From Camelus ferus (taxonomy: Eukaryota), in NCBI RefSeq assembly GCF_009834535.1, contig NC_045696.1, forward strand, positions 66,652,001 through 66,716,000: DNA of 64,000 nucleotides. The letters run 5' to 3'. Shown in pieces: positions 28,791 through 42,479 of the stretch (within the stretch, counting starts at the first letter, position 1; each line of letters starts with the position of its first letter). Below the pieces are notes generated by a model, which saw only the letters and a list, made by a program, of their open reading frames with translations, was not told the origin of the DNA and made no database searches. The translations under genes and the position numbers were made by a program.

Positions 28791-30178
28791 AATCTTACTT
28801 ACAGAGGTCTCTGCTGTCTGTTGTTGTTGTTTTTTAACTAAATGGTGGTCCTTGGTGTATTCCCAAAGCCTGCTGGCGTGAATGAAATCAAGGGTTCAGG
28901 TGCGTTTTTTTTTTTTTTTTTAAAGCAAACCTGTAAGGAGCAAATTAGAGAGTTTTTGATGTTTAGGACTAAGAGGGACCTGTAACCCATATGACAACTG
29001 TGTAAATTGTAAAATTCTGCCCTTTTCTCAAAACTCTTTACTTCTTTCTTTTGGGAAGTTGTCTTTGCATGCTGGTTTTGTTAGAACAAAACACTTTTTT
29101 CCCCAGCTCTCTACAGTCCTCATCACACATATACAAGCGTATGTTATCTATAGTAAAGGTCACAACTCTACATGTTGTGCCCATGTTCACTGCATAACTA
29201 TATACGATGGGCTTTTGGAAAGACGAAATGCTCTCTATTACAAAACATCAAATTACTGTTTTAAGAAAATAAAGAAAATTATAGTTGATCTTCAGTTAGA
29301 GATCATGATCATTATCATCATTAACCACAGAGGCCCACTGAATATCTCATATATGTAGTCAGTTGGGTGAACCTTATGGAAGATAAGAGACTAATTAGTG
29401 GAATTGATTTCTTCTTCTGAACATCTAGAATTGTCTCTTCTTTGTGTATAGTTTACCCCTATCTACTTTAAATATTTTTATTTTGTTTATCCATTCTATT
29501 TTTTTTCTAAGCAGAATCTTCTGAGTCTGGTTATTATTGGACCCAATTTTAGGCCAAGAAGTTATCTTTGGTATTGGTTTCATGTACAAAAAGACCAATG
29601 GATGGGTAAGAGGAAAGATTCTAAATCGTCACCCTAGCTGATGAATTAGGTGGAAAAGAAGTTTGTGCTTCTTTAAAATAATTATGATAGGATAACATTT
29701 GATACCCACGATCATTATTTTTCCTGGCAATTTATTAACGTCCACATACCTGCTTAATCAATACAAAGTTGTTCTGTTGCCTTAAGATAGAGAAGTTTAA
29801 AGGTAGAATTAGAAAATGATCTGCTAGTGTTTTCCTCGATTTCAGTTATTTATATATCGCTAAGGGTAACTTAGAGAATTCAGGCAGAGACAACAACATT
29901 AGAAAGAAGATGGGACTTGGCTTCCTCCAGATCAAAGAAGTTTTTCCTCACAGAGAGGAAGAATATATTCTCATCCAGGACCTTTGCTCTTACTATGGCC
30001 TCTTCCTGGATCTTTTCGTGACTCACCCCTTCAACTTACTCAGGTATCTTTTCAATTGTCCTTCCCTGAGAGACCTTCCTTGACCATTGCATCTAATGAT
30101 ATGAAAGAGACGAGAATGTAGGCATTGGTGGGCACTGGAGAGAATAGCCATGTTTCCTGCTATAAGAACAGAGCCCTG

Positions 30179-30514
30179 GTAGGATCTAAACAAAAGACAC
30201 CAATGAACTTATTTACAAAACAGAAACAGACTCCCAGACATAGGAAACAAACATGGTTAGCTGGGGGAAAAGGGAGTGGGAAGTGATAAATTGGGAGTTC
30301 GAGATTTGCAGATACTAACTACCATATAAAAAATAGATAAACAACAAGGTCCTACTGTAGAGCACAGGGAACTGTATTCACTATCTTGTAGTAACCTGTA
30401 ATGAAAAAGAATATGAAAAGGAATATATGTATGTATACGTATGACTGAAACATTATGCTGTACACCAGAAATTGACACAATATTGTAAACTGACTATACT
30501 TCAACTTAAAAAAA
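30179..30514 (+). mobile_element. 5'-truncated L1 3' end
   Basis: Ends gactatacttcaa plus polyA; TSD aagaacagagc(c/t)ctg at 30164-30178 and 30515-30529. Confidence 0.88.
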
Positions 30515-31760
30515 AAGAACAGAGCTCTGCATAAGATTTCAGTATGGACTTTGTGTGTGTGTCTAGGCAGCTGGAATCCTAAACAGCATCAGAGAAATTA
30601 CCACGCTTCTAAGCCTGGCAAGGAGAGAGCTGCAGGCCTGGGGTGGGAATTGGCAGGGCAGAAAGCAACCTCTCAGAAATGACACCCCATCTAAGAACCA
30701 GATGGGATCATGGAATTCTTAGTGGATATGTGGGTGGGCCAACGACTGAATGTACTTGAGCCTCCCTCCCCACTGAATACAACTGAAACTAAACTTCAGG
30801 TAAAGAAAGGAAAAAGCCTGAACTGACTGAGACTTCTTTTGCTGTGGCAAAAGCAGAGGTTGAAATAGAAATTAAGTTTTCATAAAAATAAAGATAAATA
30901 AATTTATTGCACATTCCAGTTTGTCAACTGACATTCATACATGATACAAAAGTGAACAAAAAAAGGATAAAAGTAGGAGTACTGGGGGCAGACAGACGTG
31001 TGAATTTAGCAGGACTGAAGAAGGATGAGTTTGATGGGAAAGTCAAGTGCAATAAGCAGAGTGCCTGGAGTACAAAGACAGGTAAGATGTCATCCCAACC
31101 TCCGATAAGTTTGTAGATGGCCTGGAGGGATCAACGTGTTCTTTATCAGTCAAAATCTAAGTGTAAAAGATCAGTACACTTAGCATATGATCAACTGCAG
31201 AAGCAGTTCAGAATGAGGAATAACCAGTGAAGATTTCATTGTCAGGGAAGTCCCACATAGAGGTGGGACCAAAACTCGGCCTCGAGAGAAACATAACATG
31301 TAGGCAAAGAAAAAAAAAACAAACAATGATGCACAGTGCAACTGTGCATGCTGTCTTTGAGAGACAGCGGAGAAGAGCTGTATTATGGTAGGTGATTCCC
31401 TTGTGTAAGAAGGTGGTTAGCTAAGGCACGTTGGGGATGTCTGCCCACTCCAGGAAGAGAAGCAGTGATACACTCAGCTAAGGACTGAACTTCAATCTGC
31501 AGTCAGTGAAGAGCCATCAGAAGTGTATAAATGGAGGAATTTTGTGTGAAATGGAATACATCAAAATATTAATTTCCAATGGTATGCAATTTTCATTCTA
31601 GCAAACCAGGCTAGCTTGTTACATAAAATCAACCTAAAGCAGTTAGTTTAATGGGACAGACCACACTCCAAAAAGGCAGAAAAACTAAGGATATAAACCA
31701 GAAACCTGCAAAATAGGAGGAACTAAAGATTAATGATACTTGAATGGTGATTTTTCAGTC

Positions 31761-32294
31761 ATTTTTTTTTAAATATTTTAAAATTTTTATTGAAGTGTAG
31801 TTGATTTCCAATGTTGTGTTAGCTTCTGGCATACAGCATAGTGATTCAGTTATACACATATATGTATATATATTATTTTTCAGATTCTTTTCCATTATAA
31901 GTTATTATAAGATATTGAATATAGTTCCCTGTGCTATATAATAGGTCCTTGCTCTCCATCTATTTTATATATGGTAGTGTGTCTATGTTAATACCAAACT
32001 CCTAATTTATTCCTCCCCCTCCCCCTTCCCTCTTTGGTAACCATAGTTTGTTTTTTATGTTTGTGAGTCTATTTCTGTTTTGCAAATAAGTCCATTTACA
32101 TCATGTTTTTAGAGTCCACATATAAGTGATATCATACGATATTTGTCTTTGTCTGACTTACTTCACTTAATATGATAATCTCTAGGTCCATCCATATTGT
32201 TGCAAATGGCATATTTCATTTCTTTTTTTTATAGCTGAAATGTATTACATTGTTTATATGCACAACAACTTCTTTATCCATTCATCTGTTGATG
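31761..32294 (-). mobile_element. 5'-truncated L1 3' end
   Basis: Same 3' UTR signature as the 4401 and 30179 copies, extending further 5'. Confidence 0.85.
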
Positions 32295-32539
32295 CAGCCA
32301 TATTTTTATATTAGAGATTACTTATGGAGACTTTCTTTGTAAATATTAGAGATCATTATTATTATTGTCTGAAAGACAACGTAAGGACATAAATACATTG
32401 GTAGCTCATGTTTGCTACAAAGATTAGTTTGCTCATTGAGCTTGCGGAGTGTGAGATCCAGGGCTGTTACTAGGAAGTGATTTGCACAGATGCCCTTGAG
32501 CCTTTTGGCATTATATAGGAAAGAAAGTTATCTTTTTAA

Positions 32540-33412
32540 AACATAACTCACATTTGTCACTGTCTGTGTCACTGTCTGTGACTGTGATTTCCTGCCACAG
32601 TCAGATTAAGTAAAAGTCACCCTCCTTACCTTGGGTGACTTGGCTTCATGTGATCTGGTCTGGTCCTCGTCACTGTCTCTGATTTTATTTCCTAGTACTC
32701 TTGGCTTGCTTCATTCTCTTGGATTCTTCCTCTGTCCTTAACATGCCGAGTATATTCCCATCCAGGAGCTTTGCTCTTACTATAACCTCTTCCCAGAACA
32801 CTGCTCCTCAGGTCTTTCCGTGGCTCACCCTTCAACTGATTCAGGTCTCTGCTCAATTATTCTTCCCAGAGGGGTGTTCCTTGACCGTTGTATTTAATGA
32901 TAATCTCCATCTCCTGCCCTACTAGTCTTCTGTACTTTTGCCTTGCTTCAGTTTTCTTTTATTTTTTTTTAAATATTAAAGTATAGTCAATTATAATGTT
33001 GTGTCAGTTTCTGGTGTACAGCATAATGTTTCAGCCATACATATACATACATATATTTGTTTTCATATTCTTTTTCATTATAGATTACTACAAGATATTA
33101 AAGACAGCTCCCTGTGCTATACAGAAGAAATTTGTTTTTCATCTATTTTATATATAGTAGTTAATGTTTGCAAATCTCAAACTCCCAAGAGAAAAACAAA
33201 GTCAGTTATTGTTTTCTTATTTGTGTTTGTCAGTAACTGATACTGTGTTAGTTACTTGCTTGTGTGCTTATTATTTGTTTCTCATCAGAATGTAAGTTCT
33301 GCCAGGGCATGATCTTTGTCTAGCACCTTCGTAATTCTTGGCCTAGAAGAGGCTCTGATACCTCGTAGGTGCTGGATAAATATTTGCTGTATAAATGAAC
33401 AAATAAATGAAG
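32540..33412 (+). mobile_element. L2 3' end interrupted by an L1 fragment
   Basis: ttcaggtctctgctcaa...agaatgtaagttct...gtaggtgctggataaatatttgctg...aatgaa. Confidence 0.7.
32960..33187 (-). mobile_element. short L1 3' end inserted in an L2 remnant
   Basis: polyT then aagtatagtcaatt...gtttgcaaatctcaaactccc; homologous to the 30179 copy. Confidence 0.8.
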
Positions 33413-33879
33413 TACAATATTATTATTGCTACCATCAACATTGTTAATAACCAATATTTACTGAGACTTTGCCCACATGCCATGACTGGGCTATTGAATG
33501 TCTACTTGGTTATTCTCTTTATTCCTCACAGCCACTTCCCTGAGTCACACAGAGGTGGAGTAACTTTCATAAAATTACTCAGTTGATAAATGAATAAATT
33601 AAGATTTAAACCTGAGACGACTAAGCTCCAGTGGCCTTGCTCTACCACGTAGTATATGTAGGAAACACCATGGCACCATGGCGTTTACATAAACGCATTA
33701 GCACAGTGACTACAAGTTAATAAAAGAAGGTAAACCTCTTAAACACAGATCTCCAAGCCAAAAGAAAGCTTTTGGGAATGTAGCTGATAGGATTCCATTG
33801 GGTTAAGGCCTAGATACCTTCAAGGCAATGTTTGTTGTTGTTGTTTTCTCTTTGCAGATTAAAAATTTTTTTCTTAAAT

Positions 33880-34318
33880 ATGTGTTCTGATCTTTGATAT
33901 GTTTCAGCTCCAACAACCTGAAATTGTGGCTGGGGTTAGAGGACTGCTCCTGAGTTACCGGAGCCTTCTATTGGGAAACAGATAGCTGGAAGTGCCTGGA
34001 AGTTTGTATACTCCTAGGAGAGCCCGTTGCCAATGACTGATAGGTACAGGATTGTGAAGTTCACGCTCCCTGGCCTCAGGTTGGGACCACTTTGAGCCAA
34101 GGAGACTTTCTAGAGTTCACCTCCAAGTTCAAGCTGAAGCCGCTCTGCCCAGGACTTTGCCTGACATGGTACCCTTGCCTGGCTGGCGTTCTCTTCTTCC
34201 CTGTCCTGTCTTCTCCGACCCTCTTACTAGTTTTCCCTTAGAGCACTTTGTCAAGGAATCACTGGTCCATTATGAATTTTTGTTCCTGGGTCTGATGGTA
34301 GGGAGTCTAACCTAACAT
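33880..34318 (+). mobile_element. ancient ERVL LTR, LTR16-like
   Basis: Recalled LTR16 motifs gccaatgactga, ggactttgcctga and terminal aacctaaca; boundaries approximate. Confidence 0.6.
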
Positions 34319-37300
34319 CGTGAATCACTCAGTTCCTTTTAGTGCAAAAGCGACTGCTTTGACCACATCTCAGTGGCCTTTTGATAGGCATCTCTGCCTT
34401 CCTCTCCATGCACGTTTCTTCCCAGACTTGTAAACATGAGATTCCTACTTCTTGGAGCCAAATGATAGGGAAGACTTATTGTAAAGAAACAGCATTTTGT
34501 AACAAAATCACCTTGGGTGTGGATAGATCCTAGTTTTTTGCTTCATAGAGCTCAAACAGAGATTTGACCTAACTCATTTCCGCCCCACATTCCTGGCTCA
34601 TAAACAAGGGCAAGGAGGAAAGAGGAGCTGAGTCATTAAGGCTTAATTCACTTGTCTATTTCTCAGCCCCTAGAGCTTGCTTTAATTGAAGAAGCTTTCA
34701 GTGGGATTAACTTTGCTGCAAAAAAGCATTCTGGGTCTCTTTTCAAGGCGGGCCTTTGGCAGTACTGAAGCACCATGAATACTAAAGCCTTTGAAGAATG
34801 CAGGTATTTTCTAGCTCTGATGGGACTGTCTCTCCAATTAGACCCACAGAAGTCACTTTTCCCTGTGTCATCTCTGTCTCTGCAATAGAAATCTAGGAAC
34901 AGCAGAACATGGGTGTGGTGGTACAAGCTAACTTCATCAGATAACTGGGACCAACCCTCTCCCCTGAGGCCCAGGTGGGGTTCCCAACCAGTAGGGAGGT
35001 TTAGGGAAGAACAGACTTGACTTTTTTTTCCCAACTAAGACCTGAGAGCTGAGGGTAGGTTGCCCTCACCTCATATCCTGGGAAGTAATTTTCACTCTCA
35101 GGATCTTGCTAGTTTACTATGGCTTAGCTCAAATCAAATTAGAGCATGCTTTGCACTAGAAAATCAGAGAAGCAATTAGGAATGTTTCTACCATGGAGTG
35201 ACGGAAACAGTACTGATGTGGATGTGAAGATGACACCTGGGAAATCGCTCCAGATGTTCACTGGCTAGTTGTGTGATCTTAGGAGACTGACTCAAATCAC
35301 CTGGGCAACAGTATCCCCACCTACAGAATGAGGAGGTCTCACACTTGTCCCTATGTGGGGATTTATCAGTGAACAACACAAAACCCCTGCTTAATGAAGA
35401 TTTTGTTCTAGCAGAGAATGTTGAGTAGTCCAACTTGGTTGGATGATGTTAAAGAGTAAACCAGTGACAGACTGTACGTGGGCTTTATCCTTTTGGCAAT
35501 GGCTAGCCATTCACTGAAGGGTTATCCCTCCAGTTGGGGTCTGAGTGCACTGAATGTCATCTGAGGGTGATAGATTCTGAAACCACAGGCTTCTGCTGCC
35601 GGGATGTGTATGTATTCAGCCCAAGGGAAGTGATCCATTGAAAAATTATTTGCAAATTTGGAAATATAGAACAGAGCTTTGAACTAGAATGGACAGACTT
35701 GGGGTGGCTCCTGATTCTACCACTAAAAAGCTTTGTGAACCTGGCCATGTATATAACTTCTCAGAGGCTCAGCTTTCTCAACTGTAAACTATGGCTGATA
35801 ATATTTGCTCTGCTTATTTCACGAGGTTGCGGAAGTCAAAAGAGATAAATTATATGAAATTTCTTAGAAAACTTTGTATTAGTATATATAAAACATAGAA
35901 AGATTTAATACTTATGCAATCAATCTAAATCATAAAGTCTTTTACTGGATTTCCTTTAGCTTTATTTTTCTTGGTAGTATAATTTTTTGTATGAATAATC
36001 TAGAACACTTCTTTTGCCACTTCTTTTCTCAGTGTTGACATTATCTCTTCTATTTCCTGAGAGATTAGAAGAGGGTATCTCAGCTGGTAAAGGCATGGCC
36101 TGAAGGGAGAGTTTTCATGGAAAATACTTACAGCTTTCACAGAAATCTTTGCTTTTATGCCAGCAAGTCCCATTAGCACCTCCCACAGATTTTCCCTAAA
36201 CAACATTAACTCTTGTGGCCCCTGAATTTTAGCTAAGTAACGCCAGTAGGTAGTCAAGTCCTCGTTGTCTTCTTCAAATGGCAGGCTGCCTCATGGAGAA
36301 CTATATGTTTCTGGAATACTAATGATAGAAGAAAACTTAGAGCTCTTCTAGCTTCTTGGAGATGGGAACAACTGAGACCCGCGTGTCCTGTCCAAGGGTT
36401 CCTGGGAGTTTGTAGCAGAGGGGCGGTTAGCGCCCAGGCCCTGGACTCTCCTGTGTGTGTCACTCCCCCTCCTTGTAGGACAGCCCCTCTCATTTCTATC
36501 TCTGTAACCTCGTCCTGATCCCAGTATGGGGCTTCCTGATGCTTCTGAACAGGAACGGAAGAAACAACTCCTAGTATGTTTCTTCCAAAGTGTGGGAGGA
36601 TCTTTCTCTGAGAAAGCCTTTCTGCAAAACTTAGAAAAAATACTTGGCAGGTATAAACTCAGCTAGTTGTCACAACAAAGTTATGAGGTGCCACAATTAC
36701 CCCATTTTACACATGAGGCAAACTAGGCAGAGAAATTAAATGATTTTTCCAAAGTCATCAACTGCTGAGTAGTGATGTCAAGATGAGAATACAGGGGGGA
36801 TCAGACTGCAGAACCTAGCTCTCATTCACCCTTTCATTCAACACCTGTTTCCCATACACACTCTTCAATGCAGAACACTGGTTTTCCAATACTGTGGGAG
36901 ATATGGTATAAAATCATTAGGCCCAGGCATTCTCTGGCTTCAGGAGATTGTCCAATTGGGAAGGACACTAGTCCCAGTCCCGCTAAGGGGTGCTAGGCTT
37001 AAAGCAGATACAATATCTTTCTTGGGTCAAAGAGAACCTAAGTTTTCCAAAAGGAATTTTTGATAGATAGGCAATGAAACTGGCTATATATTTTTTTTCC
37101 TTAAAAAAGAAAATCTGTGTAAATCAGACATGTTAATTCTTAATCCAGGCACCACAATGAACATTCCTTTTTGCATTCAATAGTAAATTAAAAATATATA
37201 TATATATATATATCAAACCAGGTGGCAGAAGCAGCAAGAGCTGATTTGCATAGCACTAAAAACATAAAAGTCATAACTGGTTCCAGTACCCCATTACACG

Positions 37301-40300
37301 AATTCCAGAGGGTGCTTCAGGTCACCGGTGTTTATGGCTAAACAAGAGCATGGGGGTGGAGAAACAGTAAAGCAAGCAGAGAAAGATCCACTTGTAAACA
37401 GCACCCGAAAGTATTCACTGTCATGTTCCACTGAGAAAGAGAGAGTGAGGAAAAAAGATAAGAATAAGAACAAGGGCCTTGCTGTGGTGTGAAACAGAGA
37501 TTGTGTTGCACCGACAGCGGGATAGGAAGGTTGGGACCAACTGCTTCTTCCTTGCTGTTGACTAGTTGCTTGCAGCCTTGCTGTGAGATGCTGGGCCATC
37601 TTCTTTCCTGCCTGGACTTCAGCTTCCTACTCCATAAATTGAGGAACTTAGGCTAGACGGTTTCCAAGTTTCTCTTGGACTGTGCTTCTAAGATCATAGA
37701 GCTCTGTCTTTCTCAGCCATGAATTTCCCACCGTGCCTTGCACAGGCCGGAAAGTATCAAGGGGAACTGAGCAAGCCTGTGGACAGGAAGCACAAAGGGA
37801 ACCTTCAGGGAGTCAAAGCCCACGTGCCACCCCTGTGCAAGACCTTTGCTGAGCTCTGTTTTCTCCCCGGGAGGGCACTGACCCATTCAACACGAGGAGG
37901 AGAGCCTGGTATTACACAAGAGTACTGTGAAAATAATTGGAGAGGAGTTCATAGTTCAAGAAAATAGTCTTTCAGCCAAGAGACAGGGGAGCTCTTTTCC
38001 TCAGGGAAGGAAAGAATGCATTACAATCATGAGAGAGAGGCAGACATTTACCCTCCTGCCACCCTCATCAAGGGAGGTCAAAGTGTTGCAGAGGCCGTGA
38101 TGATGAGCAGAGACTGTGGGATTGTACCCCAGGACAAGAAGTAATGAGGCAAAGGAGATGAAAGATGGAGCAGAGACGCAGCCAAGCTACGTTCTCTTCT
38201 CATGAATAGGATATTATAAGAGGGAAGAAGAAAGGCAGTATCTGAGAAGACAGAACTCCCATTGATTGCCGAATCCTGATTGAATACCAGCCAGCCACGG
38301 GACAACATGATGCCTTCTGCTGCGCCTGGCTGAGACTACACTTAGACATGACTTCCTGCCCTGCATGTGACTCTTGAAGGTATCACAGGCCTGAGGGTAG
38401 GGGTCAACAAGAATGAAGTGGCCGGCAACTACTACCTCCAAGGAATGGCTTGGATTCCTGGCAATGGGCAAATAACCTCTGTGCCCTCGCCATCACAGAA
38501 GGATTTACCACTCACCTGGGAACATCAAATTTGAGTGGAGACTGGAACACAATGTGGGTGTCTTCAGTAGAAAGGACAAGAGGGAAATAGGCAGGGAAAT
38601 GGGAATATTCCCCAAACAACTGGCACATCATTTTGCTGAGAGTTTATGCTGCTTACAAGTAAACCAGTTAGGGTAAAACATCTCTAGGTCTCTGAAAAAG
38701 CAAAAGGCAAGGGGAAAGGATACTGAGATGTCCCTATCTTGAAACTGGCTATGTATTTTTTTTCTTAAAAAAGAAAATCTGTGTAATTTTTTAAAAGAAG
38801 TAAAAGAGAAAAAAACATAGCTCATATACACACACACCTACATACCCACATACCTACACACTTATCAGTGGCCCAAGAATCGTTTTGAACACCAGGTGTT
38901 AGAAATATTTTTCCTAGGGCTTGGCTTCTCCTGCCTGAGTGCGATTCACAAAGGTGAATTTCCTAGAACATTCTTTTATAACCTTTCAGCTGAGTATTTA
39001 TGAAAACCAAGATTTGTTAAAATATACCGAACATGTTGGTACCTTGATACGAATGTAGTTCCAGAATCCTTGAGAGCAGACATTCTGAACACATCCAAAA
39101 TGTATTTGGCAGGTGGCCCTGGGGAATGACAAAGCAGAATTTCTATTCATTGCACAGCTCAGAATCAGAAAATAGGTTGAACTTTGTGTTTCTTCTCCTT
39201 TCACTCTCATTTAAAATCCCGGTTTTTCTGCACCCCAGGTATTGTGAGTACTTTTGAGTGCCTTCTCTAACTTTGACTCATTAATGGAGCAGAGTAGTAT
39301 TAGGAAGGTATTGATAAGTTGAAGAAAAATTGGGTACAGCTAAAGCAAACTTACCTAAAAAATTGCCGAGCAAAATGATCAACGTGTAGAAGATAGTACC
39401 TAGAGTTTAGGAACATAATCATCATAATTTCTTATAGATAAATTTGAGTTACTCTCAAAATTATAGAGCAAATGTCAGATGAACTACAGTGCCTGAAAAT
39501 TCTTAATTTCCAATATGTTGTTCTCTAAGCCAAGCTCTCTTTGCTAGAAATTCCTTCCTGTCTCTTAGCCCTCCATATCTAACTTTTACTCGAATTACAA
39601 ACTGCTGTACCTCCAAGGTCCCAGGCCTAGAATTCTGATCTGAATCACAAAAGAGAAATTCACCTGCTGGTACTTGCCACCCACTTGGCACACAGATTCA
39701 GGATTAGTGTGAGGAGTTACAAATCTCATAAAATTTAAGCACACACCCAACATTGACTTTGAAAGCACAACTTTAAATTAATGAACTACTCCTACCTGAA
39801 AAAAAAAAAAAGTTTTATACTTAAGCACACACACACACACATATATACTTTTTTTAGCTTTCAGACTGTAATTTGTCTTAAAACTATACCCTCACATCTA
39901 TTTTGGCAGAGCTGTTTTATGCCACCCCTCAGCTCTCTCCTAAAGGATATTTACCAAAATACTGCCAAGTCAGGGGTTCACACTCCTCATTTTACAGATG
40001 TGGAAACTGAGGTGCAGAAAATTAAGCATCGGGCCCCAGGCATCCGACTTCTTTCAGCCCAGTAATTCTTTTCACTCTCTTTGTATTCCCATGAAAATCT
40101 ATACATCTACATAACCATTTTTGGAATGAGTCTGAAGCATCTGGGAAAAAAAAAAGTGTCAGTTGAGTACAAAAAATAATAATAAACACTAAGGCCTCTA
40201 TGGTTACAAAGAGATGTCTGTATTCAAGGTTGGAAGTGTCCTATGTTCTAGTTTACCTTGTAAGAGAACTGTGGAATGTGAAAAGAGAAAGATCTGTTGG

Positions 40301-41087
40301 AAGAAGAATGAATACTGTTTCTATCTGTCTCCTGCCAGCCTGTGGGCGCCCTGAGTCAAGATCAAGGGTATCTTCCCTGTCAGGAAGGCTCCAGCGTGTA
40401 CCCTGCCACACACGTACAACTCTGTGTATACCCCACCACACACATATAACCCTGTGTTTCATACTTTTATTTTGCTGGCAGGAGTGTCTTGTATACTGAC
40501 AAAATCCCTGGGTTACCTGCTAGATAATTTAGACAGTGCACCAAAAAAACAGAAATATGATCCCTGGCTCTCAGAAATCCTATGCAAATTTTAGATAATT
40601 CAAACATGTTAATTCAATACTAAGCCTTTGGAGTTCTGTATTATTAGTTAAGTTATTCTAATAACTAACAGTATAATAGGAAAAAAGTCACTATCTATTA
40701 TCATCTGTATCTAATGTCTTTTAAAAATATTTTAGTAACTTTATGAAATACAAAAGTAAGAAAAAAGAGAAAAACAGCATCATCAGAAATTTTAACAATT
40801 GTAAAATTTTAGGTAAACCTAAAATTTTCTTGTTTTCATGATTTTAGAGATACATATACACAAAATGAGAAGTAGAGTCTGAATGCAATTAATTGCTCAT
40901 GAACTATCGTTCAATCTGGGACACAACCATCCTGTATGTACTGATTTCAAATACATCCCTGATATGTTTGCATCCTGTGTTTGCATCAACATTTGCAATA
41001 CTTTAAAAAAAATTGTAACATTTGATGGCTTATGATTTTGTTGAAGAGATAATGGCCATGTTCTTTGCTCCAAAACTGTGAAATAGA

Positions 41088-41218
41088 GGGGAGGATATAG
41101 TTCAGTGGTAGAGTGTGTGCCTAACATGCACAAGGTCCTGGGTTCAATCCCCAGTACCTCCATTAAAAATAAATACATGAACCTAATTACCTCCTCCATA
41201 AATTTTTTAAAAATTAAA
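41088..41218 (+). mobile_element. tRNA-derived SINE, camelid Vic-1/ALPINE type
   Basis: ggggaggatatagttcagtggtagag (A box) ... ggttcaatccc (B box) ... aacctaattacctcc, then an A/T-rich tail. Confidence 0.85.
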
Positions 41219-41930
41219 GAATCACCAAAAGTAAAAAATATTTTAATTTTTACGTTTATAAACACAAATTAGAATGATCAAGTCAATGAGTTAAATTTCT
41301 ACATTATCTATTTTCTTCCAATTACCTTTGATACATACCTACCTTCAGTTTTTGCCACTTGTGAAGTATATTGGGTAAATTTTGGTGACGAGAATCATTA
41401 GAGCTAAAGAATACTGTCACATTTTAGCAAAATAGGATGGCCAGGATGTTTCTCAAATTTACATGGTGAAATTCACGTGTTTAATAATTAACTATAAGTA
41501 CCATATCTCCTTTTCATCCTTAGAATCACGTTGCTCAACCACTAAGCCTTTTGTTTGAGAAAGTTCATCTAAGATATCATCACAGAAAAACTCAGCCAGA
41601 AATTTAACTTAGACAATTCATTTCACCATTATCATTTGAATCCAAAGTGACAGTCTCTTTATGGTCATCTTCTGATTTAACAATTTTGAAACATCTTCCT
41701 CTGTCAATTTTAATCTTTTTGACTTTATGAGAAGAAAATTTAAAAAAAAAATTCTGAATTCTTATAAAAATCTAAAAGCAGACTATAAAGATAAGTGTCT
41801 CTCATTCTATACGTTCTTGAAAGATGATGCAAGAATTTTGGGCAACATAGTCAGAAAACTGGATAATTATACAATAGTAAATTCATTTAATCATCACTCT
41901 CCTGTCTTCTTATTGCATCATCTTTCTAAA

Positions 41931-42225
41931 CCAGTTGTCTAATAAAACTGTAATGAAAGCCATTTATATAAATTTAAATTTTCTAGTAGGCGGATACAGT
42001 ATGAATAGAAAGGTAAAATTTATTTTAGTAACAGATTTATTTAACCTGTAATGTATGTTAACACAATCAACAGAAAAATTATCAATGAGTTATTTTATAG
42101 TCTTTTATTCTAAGTCTCTGAAATGTAATTTGTATTTTGCATTGCTAGCACTTCTTAATTTTGAGTAGCCACATTTCAATTGCTCTGTAGTCATAAGTAG
42201 CTAAAGGCTACCACATTAGCACAGT
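41931..42225. mobile_element. MER33/MER3-like hAT-Charlie element
   Basis: tgtctaata...aaatttaaattttctagtag...tagccacatttcaattgctc...ggctaccacatt signature. Confidence 0.7.
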
Positions 42226-42479
42226 TTTGGACAATTCCACCATTCTTCCTTTTTTAAAATTTTAGTCTTTAGTTTTTTAGATCACTGAATTGATTGATAA
42301 ATTAGGCTAAAGTAATTCCTAATGATAAAAAGAGATAATGTCTCAAGATAAAGAAAAACAGCTAACTTTCCATACTGCACTTTAGATTTATAAAAGGGTA
42401 TAACAATCCTCTGATGATTACAAGAAATACATATAATCCTTTTTAATTTTTTTAAGGTAGTTTTGGAATTCTTAAGAGT

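Noticed and set aside
30530..30930. Possible ancient LTR-like remnant (similar impression at ~19150-19590)
   Set aside because: Too degenerate to name or bound without a Dfam search.
41088..41160. tRNA-like sequence with A and B boxes
   Set aside because: It is the head of a SINE with a tRNA-unrelated tail and a second copy at 52424-52571, not a tRNA gene.
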